A DNA stretch of 64,000 nt, from the NCBI GenBank assembly GCA_000004985.1, contig GG738935.1; one strand, 5' to 3'. This document shows positions 46,341 through 56,583 of this stretch, in pieces; positions within the stretch are counted from its first letter, which is position 1; each line of letters opens with the position of its first letter. The position numbers were made by a program, and so were the translations under genes. The notes beneath the pieces are model-generated. The model worked only from the letters and a program-made list of their open reading frames with translations. It had not been told where the DNA came from and ran no database searches. This stretch comes from Naegleria gruberi. Its lineage: Eukaryota.

Positions 46341-47222
46341 TTTTTTATGAATTTTAAAATTTAAATTTTATTTTTAGAATTTATTGAAATTCAGAGAATT
46401 CCCAAGAGGAAACTATAAATAATTTTATGTGGTTACCTTACTGTTAATGTGGGTGAGATATTGGTCAAGTTGAATTGTGAAATGAGATTTTGTTTACAAT
46501 GAAAATCAGTCAACTTGTAAAATATTAAATGTGCTTTTAGTTTAAATTTAAAAAATTGGTGGACATGTTGCTGTAGAATAATAACCTTGTAGCAAGAGTG
46601 AATGAATTCTTTTTTTTCGTATGAGCATTAGAAAGAGTTTATTGAACATTAAACTTTCCAGCAATGGTGTTGCAAATTAAGAGTTTTATCTGGTAGTAAG
46701 TAAATTCTATTAGTATTGAATCCGCAGAGGTCGACACTACTATTGGCTGGTCCAATTATATGAACAACAGAATAATACATGGATATAATCAATTATTACT
46801 ATTTTATAATGATAGAATTTATATAGTAACAACATTCAATATTGTGTTTGTACTAAATATCAGAAACATATCTTTGTATGTTAAGGAAATCCTTAGGGTA
46901 GAACGACAATGTTTTAAGGCCCTATTATGATCTCTTTTTCATTATTCAATCCATGGAAAGATAACTCTTTTGAGCCTTACTTGATGTTAGTCATCAGTTG
47001 AATAATTATTGGAGAGGTATTTGGTGATTATTGTTATCCTCACTGTCGATTATTTCCCCGTGTATATTTCACCACCCCAATAGATTTGGTGATAGTGATG
47101 TAAAGATGACAAATAATTAAAGATATTATCGTTATGACGAATGTTTATGATTTATTGGATGATATTCTCTCTGAGGAGAGATACCAATACTGAAATCCAA
47201 GAACCCAAGATCAATTGCTTTT

Positions 47223-47377
47223 TTAACATTTTTCACCACAACGAATGCACTTGACAGAGTAAGAACCATTCTTAGTGTTGGTCTTTTTACAATTGGAACA
47301 CATGGTAAATCTACAACCCTTACCACACTTGTACCCACAGGTGAAATTGGATGAAGAACAGACGTCACACTTGGTCA
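47223..47377 (-). CDS. Small cysteine-rich protein (51 aa, 11 Cys); candidate metal-binding or metallothionein-like; not in ORF track
   Basis: ATG at 47375..47377 (minus strand). Translation: MTKCDVCSSSNFTCGYKCGKGCRFTMCSNCKKTNTKNGSYSVKCIRCGEKC*. Codons are strongly C/G-ending (ACC AAG GAC GTC TAC), the same bias seen in the rpl10a gene nearby and unlike most other genes in the window. That bias argues it is a real, highly expressed gene. The ORF-track 47132..47368 entry is a different frame starting at GTG and is rejected. Confidence 0.35.
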
Positions 47378-47613
47378 TTTTTTTATGTTTGTTATTTTGT
47401 CCTCTTGATAATTAGCACGAGTTCATTAAATAGCAATTTTATTGTGAGACATTTATTCACCTTCTAAAATATGATTAGATCTGAGATAAATAAAAGGGTG
47501 CTCTGAAATTTTGTCAACTGAGTTCCAGGGATTTCCTTGAACTTTTACCATGTTCATGCATTTACCATGTTCATGTGAAATCAATTAAAAAATTATTACG
47601 CTCGCCACGTTTA

Positions 47614-47684
47614 CCGTCTCGGGAGGAATCGAACCTCCGTCAATGGATTCAAAGTCCACTATGCTACCATTACACCACGAGACG
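47614..47684 (-). tRNA. tRNA-Gln (anticodon UUG)
   Basis: Reverse complement: CGTCTCG-TG-GTGTAATGGTAGCAT-A-GTGGA CT TTG AA TCCAT-TGAC-GGAGGTTCGATTCCTCC-CGAGACG-G. The D-arm sequence GGTGTAATGGT.AGCA and the anticodon loop CUUUGAA are typical of eukaryotic tRNA-Gln. The acceptor stem is fully paired. Confidence 0.8.
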
Positions 47685-47910
47685 AGCACATTAACGTCAA
47701 ATTATTAATTGTATTGTTTCTAAAAATTTTTGAAACAGGCAAAGAATTGTTTACCGTTCAACGGAGTGGTGATGGTACTTTTTCGTTTGTAACAATTAAA
47801 ATAATAAATGATTTGTTTACATCTGCTTTTATTGTGACTTCCAACAGCATCCAAGTACACTTGCGTGTTGAAACTTGGAGTATTGGTGTGGAGAATTTGG
47901 TTCAGAGGAT

Positions 47911-48558
47911 TTATGGATAAATCTTTTGTGGCTTACCCATGGTTGCCTTAATGTTGGCAGCACCAACGTTTTGCCAGTTCTTCTTCAACAAGGAAACCAA
48001 GAAGTTCAAAGCAATAGTTACGTTTTGTTGGACTTCTTCTTCTGGCATTTCAACGTTACCAATAGCAGTAGCCAAGTTAATTTCCTTCTTCAATTGGAAT
48101 TTGACAGTCTTCTTCAATTCTTCAATCTTAGCAGGGATATCATCATTTTGACCCAAGACGAGAGGGAACTTACCGGCCTTGGACAAACCAGGACCTAACA
48201 ATCTAGGAATTCTCTTGATCAAAGAGTCAGAAGCCAAGAAAGCATCATAGGAGTCAGCCAACTTCTTGACAATCTTCTTGTTCTTATTGGTATTCTTCAA
48301 GTCATCAACAGTCTTGAATGGGATACCTAATTCCTTTGCACGTTCGCAATGGTTGTGGTCACCCAAAATACAGACCTTCAAGTTCTTCTTGACGTAGTTT
48401 GGCAACTTCAAAGAACCATTGAAACGCTTATCCTTGGATGGATCGTAGTTCTTCAATTTGATTTGGAGATCAACGGTTTGAACGAATTTTCTCTTATTCT
48501 TATCAGTCAAAACCTTTTGAACGCTTTCTCTGAGATCGTCACTGCTCAACTTGGACAT
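47911..48558 (-). CDS. rpl10a: 60S ribosomal protein L10a (uL1)
   Basis: 215 aa: MSKLSSDDLRESVQKVLTDKNKRKFVQTVDLQIKLKNYDPSKDKRFNGSLKLPN...KVCILGDHNHCERAKELGIPFKTVDDLKKL...GKFPLVLG... This is the family signature, the length is typical, and the codon usage is C-ending and biased towards high expression. Confidence 0.9.
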   Translation of the reverse strand: MSKLSSDDLRESVQKVLTDKNKRKFVQTVDLQIKLKNYDPSKDKRFNGSLKLPNYVKKNLKVCILGDHNHCERAKELGIPFKTVDDLKNTNKNKKIVKKLADSYDAFLASDSLIKRIPRLLGPGLSKAGKFPLVLGQNDDIPAKIEELKKTVKFQLKKEINLATAIGNVEMPEEEVQQNVTIALNFLVSLLKKNWQNVGAANIKATMGKPQKIYP

Positions 48559-48894
48559 TTTAGATGTACTTGGTGTGGGTTAATAAAATTGAAGGGAAAA
48601 ATAGGATACTCACTTTCTGTTTTTTTTTCAGCAAATTTTTAAAATATTTTGCACAGTTGCTTTTTACAATGAAAATATTTTTAGCAAGTATTTAGGCACA
48701 CCAGCCAAATTCAACATATTTTTTCACCTTCAATTCTCTGAACGAAAATCAATTTTTTAAGATATTTAACCATTGTAAACACTTGTATATCTTCAATCTG
48801 CTCCTTATTCTTTTTCCTCGTATCCTTTCACTCTTGCTTCTCTAATCAATCTGTAAGAAGGTTCATACTTAAAAATTAAAGAAACAAAGAAAAA

Positions 48895-50016
48895 ATGCAA
48901 ACAGTCAACTTGAACCATGATGAAATGTTGATCGCTGCTCTATTTTCACTTGATCATCGAGACATGTTGCTCGGGAACATCTTCCCCTTCTGTTCCAAGT
49001 CTCAATTAATTGGAGAAATAATGCTCGTCTGCAAAAGATGGTTCAATATCGGTTTGGAGGTGGAAATACATTTCAAACATAAACAATCATTCAATTGTGA
49101 AATCAAGTATCATTATACTTGGGTGGACTATTGTCAATCATTATCGAGTCACTTTGTTACCGAGTTGAATTTCATCAAACCAAAAGTGGAAACCATAGAG
49201 ACAATGATCAGCAGTTCATCTTTTACAAAATTAAAAAAGTTAAGGATGGGTTGCTGTGGTAATGAAGAGGATAATTGCATAATCATATTGGAATTGATTG
49301 AAAAATCAGAGTTTGCCAATCGTGTTAACTTCCTCGAATTGGAAAGCTTTAAAATGGGAGATGAGGGGATAAAAATCATTGCAGAAGGTACTAAATTCAA
49401 AAATTTAACTAAATTGAGCCTATGGTTCTGCAATATCACTCTTGAGGGGTTTAAAATGTTGGCATCCAATTCTAAATTTTCAAAACTTGTAAAACTAACT
49501 TGTACAGAACTAGGTGATGAGGGATTCAAATACTTTTGCCAAAGTCCACACTTTTCCAATATTGAATATCTCAATGTTGGCCTCGGTTCGCTTTCTAATT
49601 TAGGCATGCAATATTTCGCCTCGAGTCCATACTTGAAAAAAGTCAAAACCTTACTATTGGACAGTAATGATTTTACTGCTGAAGGAGTAAAATCAATATG
49701 TCAAAGTGATAACATACAAAGTGTAGAATATTTGGAAATGGAATACTCTCCAATAGGAGATGATGGAGTGAAATATTTGGCTGAAAGTCCAAAGATGAGA
49801 AATTTGAAATGTTTAGGAATTGCTTCAACTGATACAGGAAACCAAAGTGCAAGATATATTGTGGATTCACCATATTTGGAAAACCTTTGTGAGCTCTATT
49901 TCGAGCACGATTTTTATTTGGATCCCTTTTATTATGGACAGGTTATCGCTGAAGAAGGAGAGCAATTATTGGCAAAATTTAACAAGCAAAAAATCAACAC
50001 TGAGGCAGGGTTATAA
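48895..50016 (+). CDS. Leucine-rich repeat (RNI-like) protein, possible F-box-like N-terminus
   Basis: 373 aa. The N-terminal segment DEMLIAALFSLDHRDMLLGNIFPFCSKSQLIGEIMLVCKRW is F-box-like. RNI-type LRRs follow (LGDEGFKYFCQSPHFSNIEYLNVGLGSLSNLGMQYFASSPYLKKVKTLLLDSNDFTAEGVKSICQS..IGDDGVKYLAESPKMRNLKCLGIASTDTGNQSARYI). Confidence 0.65.
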   Translation: MQTVNLNHDEMLIAALFSLDHRDMLLGNIFPFCSKSQLIGEIMLVCKRWFNIGLEVEIHFKHKQSFNCEIKYHYTWVDYCQSLSSHFVTELNFIKPKVETIETMISSSSFTKLKKLRMGCCGNEEDNCIIILELIEKSEFANRVNFLELESFKMGDEGIKIIAEGTKFKNLTKLSLWFCNITLEGFKMLASNSKFSKLVKLTCTELGDEGFKYFCQSPHFSNIEYLNVGLGSLSNLGMQYFASSPYLKKVKTLLLDSNDFTAEGVKSICQSDNIQSVEYLEMEYSPIGDDGVKYLAESPKMRNLKCLGIASTDTGNQSARYIVDSPYLENLCELYFEHDFYLDPFYYGQVIAEEGEQLLAKFNKQKINTEAGL

Positions 50017-50069
50017 TTTTCAGAATAATATTCAATTTATTTTCAATTAAAATCACAACTTGGCAAAAG

Positions 50070-50105
50070 TGGAGTCATAGGGAATCGAACCCTAGACCTT
50101 CTGCA

Positions 50106-50136
<31 letters not shown>

Positions 50137-50142
50137 AACCCC
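50070..50142 (-). tRNA. tRNA-Ala (anticodon UGC)
   Basis: Reverse complement: GGGGTTA-TA-GCTCAGTTGGTAGAGC-G-TCTGC TT TGC AT GCAGA-AGGTC-TAGGGTTCGATTCCCTA-TGACTCC-A. The G3:U70 acceptor pair and A73 discriminator, which are Ala identity elements, are present. The D-loop and T-loop are canonical. Confidence 0.9.
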
Positions 50143-50310
50143 TTCTTGAGTATTTTACTAAAACAATACCCTAGCAGTAACAATACCAGTAACTGTTTTC
50201 TTTTGCGTTGTTATGGAAGTTTATTACACCACTATGGAAACACTTTCAAATTCAATTGCAACCTTCAATAAATGATAATTATATATAATCATGATTCATA
50301 AAAAAAATAC

Positions 50311-50964
50311 TTGAAAATGAATTTTACAAACATTACCATTAGAAAACCATCACTTACCACTGAAGATGATGTTTCTCTCTTGACCTCCGTTGCCAAGACA
50401 TTATTTTACGAAGCATTTCATCAAGATAACACTGAAGAAAATATGAGAGATTATTTAGAACAAGCATTTAACACAACACAACAAGTGAAAGAATTGACCG
50501 ATCCTAATGTGTATCTTTCATTTATTCAAGTTGATTATGATAATGCATTGGAAGAGTATCTAAAACAAAAGTGCACTCCTGAAAGAATTGAATTCCTAGA
50601 TTCGAATATGTCCTTTTATGAATCTAATCAAAAGAAACTTGTCATTGCTTATAGTAAATTGAACTATGGCTCATTCGAACCATGTTTGAAATATCAAAAT
50701 AAGGAAACTATTGAATTATGTAGATGTTATGTATTGAAGGAATTCCATGGAACATCAATCGCTCACAAACTAATGCAAGAATGTTTGAGAGTTGCAAGGG
50801 AGGAATTTGGTGGAGTTTGTAAATCAATTTGGTTGGGAGTTTGGGAACATAATTTGAGAGCTAAGCGATTTTATGAAAAATTCAAGTTTGAAAAGGTTGG
50901 TGAGCATGTTTTTGTGATGGGAGATGATCCACAAAGAGATGAAGTTTATGAATTAATTTTGTAA
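50311..50964 (+). CDS. GNAT-family N-acetyltransferase
   Basis: 217 aa. The motif A region reads CRCYVLKEFHGTSIAHKLMQECLRVAREEFGG...LGVWEHNLRAKRFYEKFKFEKVGEH (R/Q-x-x-G-x-G/A-like plus the RAKRFYEKFGF pattern). Confidence 0.7.
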   Translation: MKMNFTNITIRKPSLTTEDDVSLLTSVAKTLFYEAFHQDNTEENMRDYLEQAFNTTQQVKELTDPNVYLSFIQVDYDNALEEYLKQKCTPERIEFLDSNMSFYESNQKKLVIAYSKLNYGSFEPCLKYQNKETIELCRCYVLKEFHGTSIAHKLMQECLRVAREEFGGVCKSIWLGVWEHNLRAKRFYEKFKFEKVGEHVFVMGDDPQRDEVYELIL

Positions 50965-51018
50965 CTTGACAAGGTGTGAAAATTTATTGTTAAATAAAGA
51001 TATTTATTAATTGGTTAC

Positions 51019-51576
51019 CTAAAAACCAAGGAATGAAACAATGGCAAAAATCAAAGCAACAGCAGAAACACCAATCATTTGAGCATTACTTTGCTTAACA
51101 CATTTTTGAACAATGTTATAGCTTGATTGACAAGTGTCAACTGGAATAGCTACACCACTAGCACCAGAAGTACCAGCAGTAGTACAGGCAGTATCAGTAT
51201 AAGTAATCCATCTACATTCATTGGTATACTTGTATGAGTATGAGCCAGAAATATAGCAGGCACCCAATTTATAACGAGTGACAGATTTAACATCACCAAC
51301 ACATGTGCTATTATCATATTCAGAGGTGAACATGAATCCATTAACAGTGGATGGATAGGCAGAGACACAAGCACTTGTATAGTAATAATTCTTAGTGGCA
51401 GTACAAGCAGTGGTAGCATTAGATCCAGTACAAGCAGATGCAGGAACAGTCTTTTCATAGACATAGTTGGCAGCTGAACAAGAGCTATCAGTAAAGTAGG
51501 TGAAGGTTTGGTATTGAGCAGAGACAAGACCTAACAGAGCAATGAATGCAGCAATGAATAAGAGAGTTGATTTCAT
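51019..51576 (-). CDS. Secreted Cys/Thr/Ser-rich GPI-anchored-type protein (ponticulin-like)
   Basis: Probable start MKSTLLFIAAFIALLGLVSAQ (signal peptide; ATG at 51574..51576). The mature part is rich in C, T, S and Y (QYQTFTYFTDSSCSAANYVYEKTVPASACTGSNATTACTATKNYYYTSAC...). The hydrophobic C-terminus GVSAVALIFAIVSFLGF* suggests a GPI signal. The ORF-track start at 51633 is upstream in the leader. Confidence 0.45.
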   Translation of the reverse strand: MKSTLLFIAAFIALLGLVSAQYQTFTYFTDSSCSAANYVYEKTVPASACTGSNATTACTATKNYYYTSACVSAYPSTVNGFMFTSEYDNSTCVGDVKSVTRYKLGACYISGSYSYKYTNECRWITYTDTACTTAGTSGASGVAIPVDTCQSSYNIVQKCVKQSNAQMIGVSAVALIFAIVSFLGF

Positions 51577-51936
51577 TTTGTTTTTCTGTTGAGTTGTGTG
51601 TAATTCAATGTTGTGTGATGTTTTATAGGCCAAGTGCTTTTCTCAGTTTACCAAAAGAAACATTGAAAATGAACCATTTATGGTCAGTAAATTTGTTTAA
51701 TCTCTCAGAGCAAGGTTGATATGTTACATGAGTAAAATACTGTTCTGGTATCATGTCAACATTTTACCTTCCTTACCCTCAAATCCATCAAGGAATAAAC
51801 TCACCTAAAATGGCTAGTAGTTGTTTTGTAACCATGAGGTCAACTTGTTGTGAATACATTTTACAATAAATTGTTTTCATGTTAAATTATTTATTGTTAA
51901 CATGTTATTACTTCTACATTAATACTATTATTACAA

Positions 51937-53475
51937 TTATCTTTGAGGAATATCTGGTAAATAATTTCCAAGACTATACTTGCTGTTTACAGAGTTCTTT
52001 TCAAGATAAACTCTATAGACATCTTCGTATTGATTGAATGGACACAAACAACAACCACCTTCACCTCTTTGTGGTTCATCTGCAGCAGATGCTTTTGAAG
52101 ATTCCTTTCTCAACCAAAAGGCTCTGTCGAAGGATTTCAAAAGAATTTCATCAGCCTTTCCTTCATCATCAAAATAGTTTGGATACTTGTCCTTAATAGT
52201 ATTATAGAATGAATCTAATTCGGCGTGAGTGTTGAATTTAACAGAGTTAACATTATTAAAAAGAGGCTTTAACTTGTCAGTTAATTCCATACTCATATCA
52301 CAAACACCCTTCTTCTTCAAGTTATCAATGTAAATCTTTGAGGCTCCTTTCAATTTACTCTCAAAATCAATTCCAATCTTTTCCAAAACAGCTTGGGTAA
52401 CTGTAATTGAAAATTTTAAATAAAACGTATAATGAATTATAGACACTTACAGTGTTGGCAGTTATTCTTCTTGTTATCATAGGTTTGTGTTCCATTCCAT
52501 TCACAACAAACTTGAGCAATCATATCCAAGCAGCGGTGAATATCAGTTTCCTTTGTAATCATTACAAGATCGAAGGCAAAAATGGCCTTTGATGACGAAT
52601 TCTTTCTTACAATAGCAAGAGCATTATCATTCCATTCGACATACCAATTTCCGACAATTAAAGCAGTGTGAAACATTCCAAATTGTAAATCTTTTGTAAA
52701 ATTGAGAGTGTGACCAAGTCTTCTAATCAATCTCATATGTGATGATTGTTCTAATTCAGTAAGCACAAACTTGATTCTCAATCCAGGTTTTGTATGTTTG
52801 TTTCCTCCCATAGCTCCCATTCCTAAATCTTGATCCATTTCTGTGGCTGGGTTAAAGAATTTGTATTTAAATCTATCAGTGAGAACACAATTTTGTGCAA
52901 TAGTTTGAATTTTCTTTGGGTCAACTCCTTCAACTTTTCTCAACTTATCCACACAATAACCGACCCATTGCTTTTCGATATCTGTCAATTTGTTATCAGG
53001 AAATTTTGGAACAGCACTCTTATGGTTGATATTAGATCGATGATATGAAGTAATATCTTCAGAAACACCTTCAGTTAAATCTCTATTCAATTGCTCATCA
53101 ACTTCAAAGGAGAGAGTTTCATAGTTCCGAGATGTTTTATCATCACTGTCGTTTGGTGTATTACTATCGCCAGAAGGATTATTGCTACTACTAGTTCCAT
53201 TAGATGAAGAAAATTCCGTATTATGACTAGAGAAGGCTGATGAATTCTTTTGTTTTGGATCTTCACCAGCATCGTCATCGTAATCATTAGAGAAGGATTG
53301 AGCTGTTATTATTTGTTGTTATTTGTTGTTATTGTTATTGTTATAATAAATATTCAATGATGATGATTAATATCAAAACGTGATGATCAGTGGTTGAAAA
53401 TTATCTATGGATGATGAACAGCGGAAATAACCTACCTGGACTAACGCTCGAAAACAGTCTACGAATGAAAGACAT
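51937..53475 (-). CDS. LRAT/PLAAT-like (NlpC/P60 superfamily) domain protein, three exons
   Basis: Exon 1 is 53436..53475 (MSFIRRLFSSVSP, donor CAG|GTAGGT). Exon 2 is 52451..53302 (acidic/Ser-rich linker, then ...FGMFHTALIVGNWYVEWNDNALAIV...NNCQH, donor T|GTAAGT). Exon 3 is 51937..52400 (F TQAVLEKIG...). The splice reconstitutes NCQHF, which corresponds to the LRAT-family NCEHF catalytic-Cys motif. An upstream His (FHTALIVGNWYV) is present. Confidence 0.55.
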
Positions 53476-53561
53476 TTTTATTGGTGATGAAAAAATCCAA
53501 GTACCCACCGCCAATACGTGTTAGTGTTTGAAATCTCTTCTGTTACTAGTCCATTCATGAA

Positions 53562-54974
53562 TTATTGGTTATGTGAAGATTGAGTTGCTGTCTTTGTCTT
53601 TTGAGTTAATGGAGCTATGGTTGCTAGAACGTGTTGAATTCTGTCCTTGTTGGATCTGGAAATTGATGGTGATGGAAACAGTTCAGAGTGATCATAATCA
53701 CCACCTTCCATAATGTTTTTCGTAACTCTATCAATTTCTTGGGAAATGAAAGGTGAGAGAAGCTTCTTTCGTTCCTTACTTTCTAATTCTCTCTTAGCTA
53801 GCATCAACTTATGCTGGTTAATGGTTTGTTTAATATGGTTAATTTGATTCCTAGATTTTAACTCATATGCATTTGGTTCAAACTCAGTCTCTTCATAGTG
53901 ATGGACTGATACATTGGATAGATCCATTTTGCTTTGATTGTGAGTGATATCATTTTCATTAATATTCTATTCCATTAATTGTATTTGATATTCAATATGA
54001 CATTTGAATAACTTACCACAAGAGATTGCCACTCTTTAGCGTTAGCTCTCTCAAATTTAGTGTTTGAACCTCCACTTAGTGTTACTTTTGATTTTGAAAA
54101 CATTGATTTTGGAGTAGTTGTTCCTGCTGATCTAGGTTTAAGAGTAGTTTTCTTTTGAGAGGTTGTCTTTGATTCATTCTTTGGAGTCTGTGATTGCTGT
54201 TGCTTAATAATTGTTGAAATGCTGCTGATTGGTGTGATATTTTGAGCCATTAAATAGTCATCACTATACGCCTGTTTCTTTCTTGCACTAGCACGATCCG
54301 AAGACTTTGGTGTTTCCAATGATTGAAATGCTGATGATATGATTACATTTCTAGACTCTGATACTGTCTTTGAGGGAGTCGTTCCAGTATTATCTTTCCT
54401 TTTCAGAATATCAGAAATGTTAACGCTCACTGTTGCTGGCTGATTATGGACGATGAATAATGTTTGAAGGAGTTGGAGTTTGTTCAAATGTTTTAGGTTC
54501 ACTTGTTGAGAAATGAGAAGGAGTATGATACTTAGGAGTGGATGGATGTTGACTAGTAAGAAGAGCATTCTCACTTTCAAAGCTTCTGCTATGACTTGAT
54601 GAAACACTCTGATTAGAAGGTGAATTACATTTGCTGCTGTTACTAAAATTACAAGGGCTTGTTGTTTTTAAGCTATCATTTACATTGGATTCATTAATAA
54701 TTTGTGTAATTAATAATTTGGTTGTGCTTCCTCTTCTCACCATTTGTGGTTTTGGTCCATCGACCTTCTTCATCAATAAACTAGCTGGTGATGTATAAGG
54801 AACACCAGTAATTGAAAATATTTTGGAGGTTTTCTGTATGGATCCACTTGGATTTTCCAACAAGTTTGATAATAATACATGATCCTCGTTGATGTTTTCT
54901 TCTCCATTTTCCTCAGCCTTAGAACTCTCCTCAATATTGTTGTTGTGACTCTTCATTGTGTGAGAGTTTTCCAT
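53562..54974 (-). CDS. Ser/Thr-rich low-complexity protein; the model needs a 50-nt intron and contains an apparent +1 frameshift near 54440 (possible pseudogene or sequence error)
   Basis: 5' ORF 54444..54974 (start aaaaaaATGGAAAACTCT). Middle ORF 54017..54440 is in another frame. The 3' exon 53562..53966 is joined through a GTAAGT...AATAG intron (53967..54016, phase 0: ...WQSLV|NINENDITHNQSKMDLSNV...). No intron signals exist at the 54440 frame switch. Confidence 0.4.
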
Positions 54975-55357
54975 TTTTTTGAAATGTTTAAAGCTATAAC
55001 CGTCGTCAGTTGAACGACTCAATAGTAACTCTTACTATAATCATAACAATACATTAAGGTTGTCTCCAATTGCTGTATCTCGTTTTGAACACTCTAATCA
55101 GTTCATCATTGAGCCATTGAATTCATCAAATTAATAAAACTAATTTTAAAAGCTTCAAATAATACTAAGCTAATAGTTTCTAATGGAAACGCTTTGACCC
55201 AGTAAGCTAACCTTCCTTTCCGTAATCATCATGATCATTCAATTATTAAAACCATTCATTAAATATTTAAATTTTCAATGCAGCAAAGAATGACGTCACA
55301 GTTTCGGTTTGCGCTTTTTTGAAAACTACGTGTTTGAACAAATTCCTCATCAAAAAA

Positions 55358-56569
55358 ATGTCCCAACAACAAGAGGAGAGTGTTGCTGCAACATCTTCTG
55401 CAAGTGTTGTTCCATCATCATCGGCAGTGAAAGTTAATAATCAAGGCATGATCGTACCTTGTGAATTTGTAGTATATGCAACCTTGTTTCTTCGTGAGTT
55501 TAATAGAGTGATTATTGGAGGAGGAGGTGGACACGGAATACCAAACAAAATAATTGTTTTAAAGTTTGATTATGAACAAAACAGTGAAAAGCCAGTTACT
55601 GTTGAGTGTGATTTTGAAACAGGAGATGAAGTTGTTTGGAATTTGAAATATGAAATTATTAATGATATTCCTCATATTGTTTATGCATCATTGGACAAAA
55701 TACACTTGCTTCAATACAACATTTCAGAAAAACAATTCAAAGAATTGGATTCAAATACATTGTACAGTAATATTGATGATTTGGGAAAGAAAATTTGTGA
55801 TATTAATTCTAATGGATACATTGTAGCAAACGATGATAATAATACTCTTTATTTATACAAGATTGAAGATGAGAAAATGAAATTGATTACTTCTGTTGAA
55901 CAAATTACCAAAAAGAATATTAGTGATATGAGTTTATCGAGAGACAATATTTTGGGTATTATTTCAGAGGATAAGGCTATTAAAATCCTTCAATTGAAGG
56001 AGGATTTAACATTCCAAGTTCTCTTCTCCAATGGAATTCCAAATATTACTCAATATCCAAAGCAAGATTTCAAATTATGTGCATTCCCAAATAATAGCAA
56101 TGTATTTTATACACTTCATACATCAAGGTCGTGTCCAACATTTATTTCTACATACAAGGTTGAGAATGGTGTTGTGACTCAAGATTCTACAAGAGAATTG
56201 TTAAAGAGACCAGCAACAGCATTTTCTGTTTTAATTGAAGATGGAAAGGAATATATTTCTTTGGGTGTTGATGGAGGTGTTCAATTATTCAAACAAGGAA
56301 AACATATTGGAAAGAAGCTTAATATCCATAGTGAAGCCATTACATGTATGAGTATTTGTAAAGATACGGTAACAGATAAGGCCTCAAAGAAAACTCAACA
56401 AGTACACATAAGCAGTGGTTCGATTGACAGATCTATCTCTGTTCAACATTTGAGTGCTAACAAGACAATCTCTACATCTTACTTGACCTACTTGCTCTAC
56501 ATTGTTGCCTTAATTTTGCTTATTTTTGCAGTTTTGTACGCTAAGGTACATTATGGAGCAAAGGAATAA
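55358..56569 (+). CDS. Sec12/PREB-like Sar1 guanine-nucleotide exchange factor (WD40-like beta-propeller, C-terminal TM anchor)
   Basis: The conserved K-loop-like motif is VIIGGGGGHGIPNKIIVL (compare PREB AGGGGAARTGIKNGV). A single C-terminal TM segment YLTYLLYIVALILLIFAVLYAKV is followed by a short tail. Probable start at 55358 (caaaaaaATGTCC). Type II topology as in Sec12. Confidence 0.65.
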   Translation: MSQQQEESVAATSSASVVPSSSAVKVNNQGMIVPCEFVVYATLFLREFNRVIIGGGGGHGIPNKIIVLKFDYEQNSEKPVTVECDFETGDEVVWNLKYEIINDIPHIVYASLDKIHLLQYNISEKQFKELDSNTLYSNIDDLGKKICDINSNGYIVANDDNNTLYLYKIEDEKMKLITSVEQITKKNISDMSLSRDNILGIISEDKAIKILQLKEDLTFQVLFSNGIPNITQYPKQDFKLCAFPNNSNVFYTLHTSRSCPTFISTYKVENGVVTQDSTRELLKRPATAFSVLIEDGKEYISLGVDGGVQLFKQGKHIGKKLNIHSEAITCMSICKDTVTDKASKKTQQVHISSGSIDRSISVQHLSANKTISTSYLTYLLYIVALILLIFAVLYAKVHYGAKE

Positions 56570-56583
56570 ATTTATTCAAATTA

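Noticed and set aside
47132-47368. ORF-track 78-aa ORF (MTSVLHPISPVG...) on the minus strand
   Set aside because: It starts at a GTG and is out of frame with the ATG-initiated 51-codon Cys-rich ORF at 47223..47377. The latter has a proper ATG and a strong codon-bias signal.
53087-53287. ORF 53087..53287 (minus strand, MITMTMLVKIQNKRIHQ...)
   Set aside because: It is in a different frame from the PLAAT-like exon 2 that covers the same DNA. It is a frame artefact.
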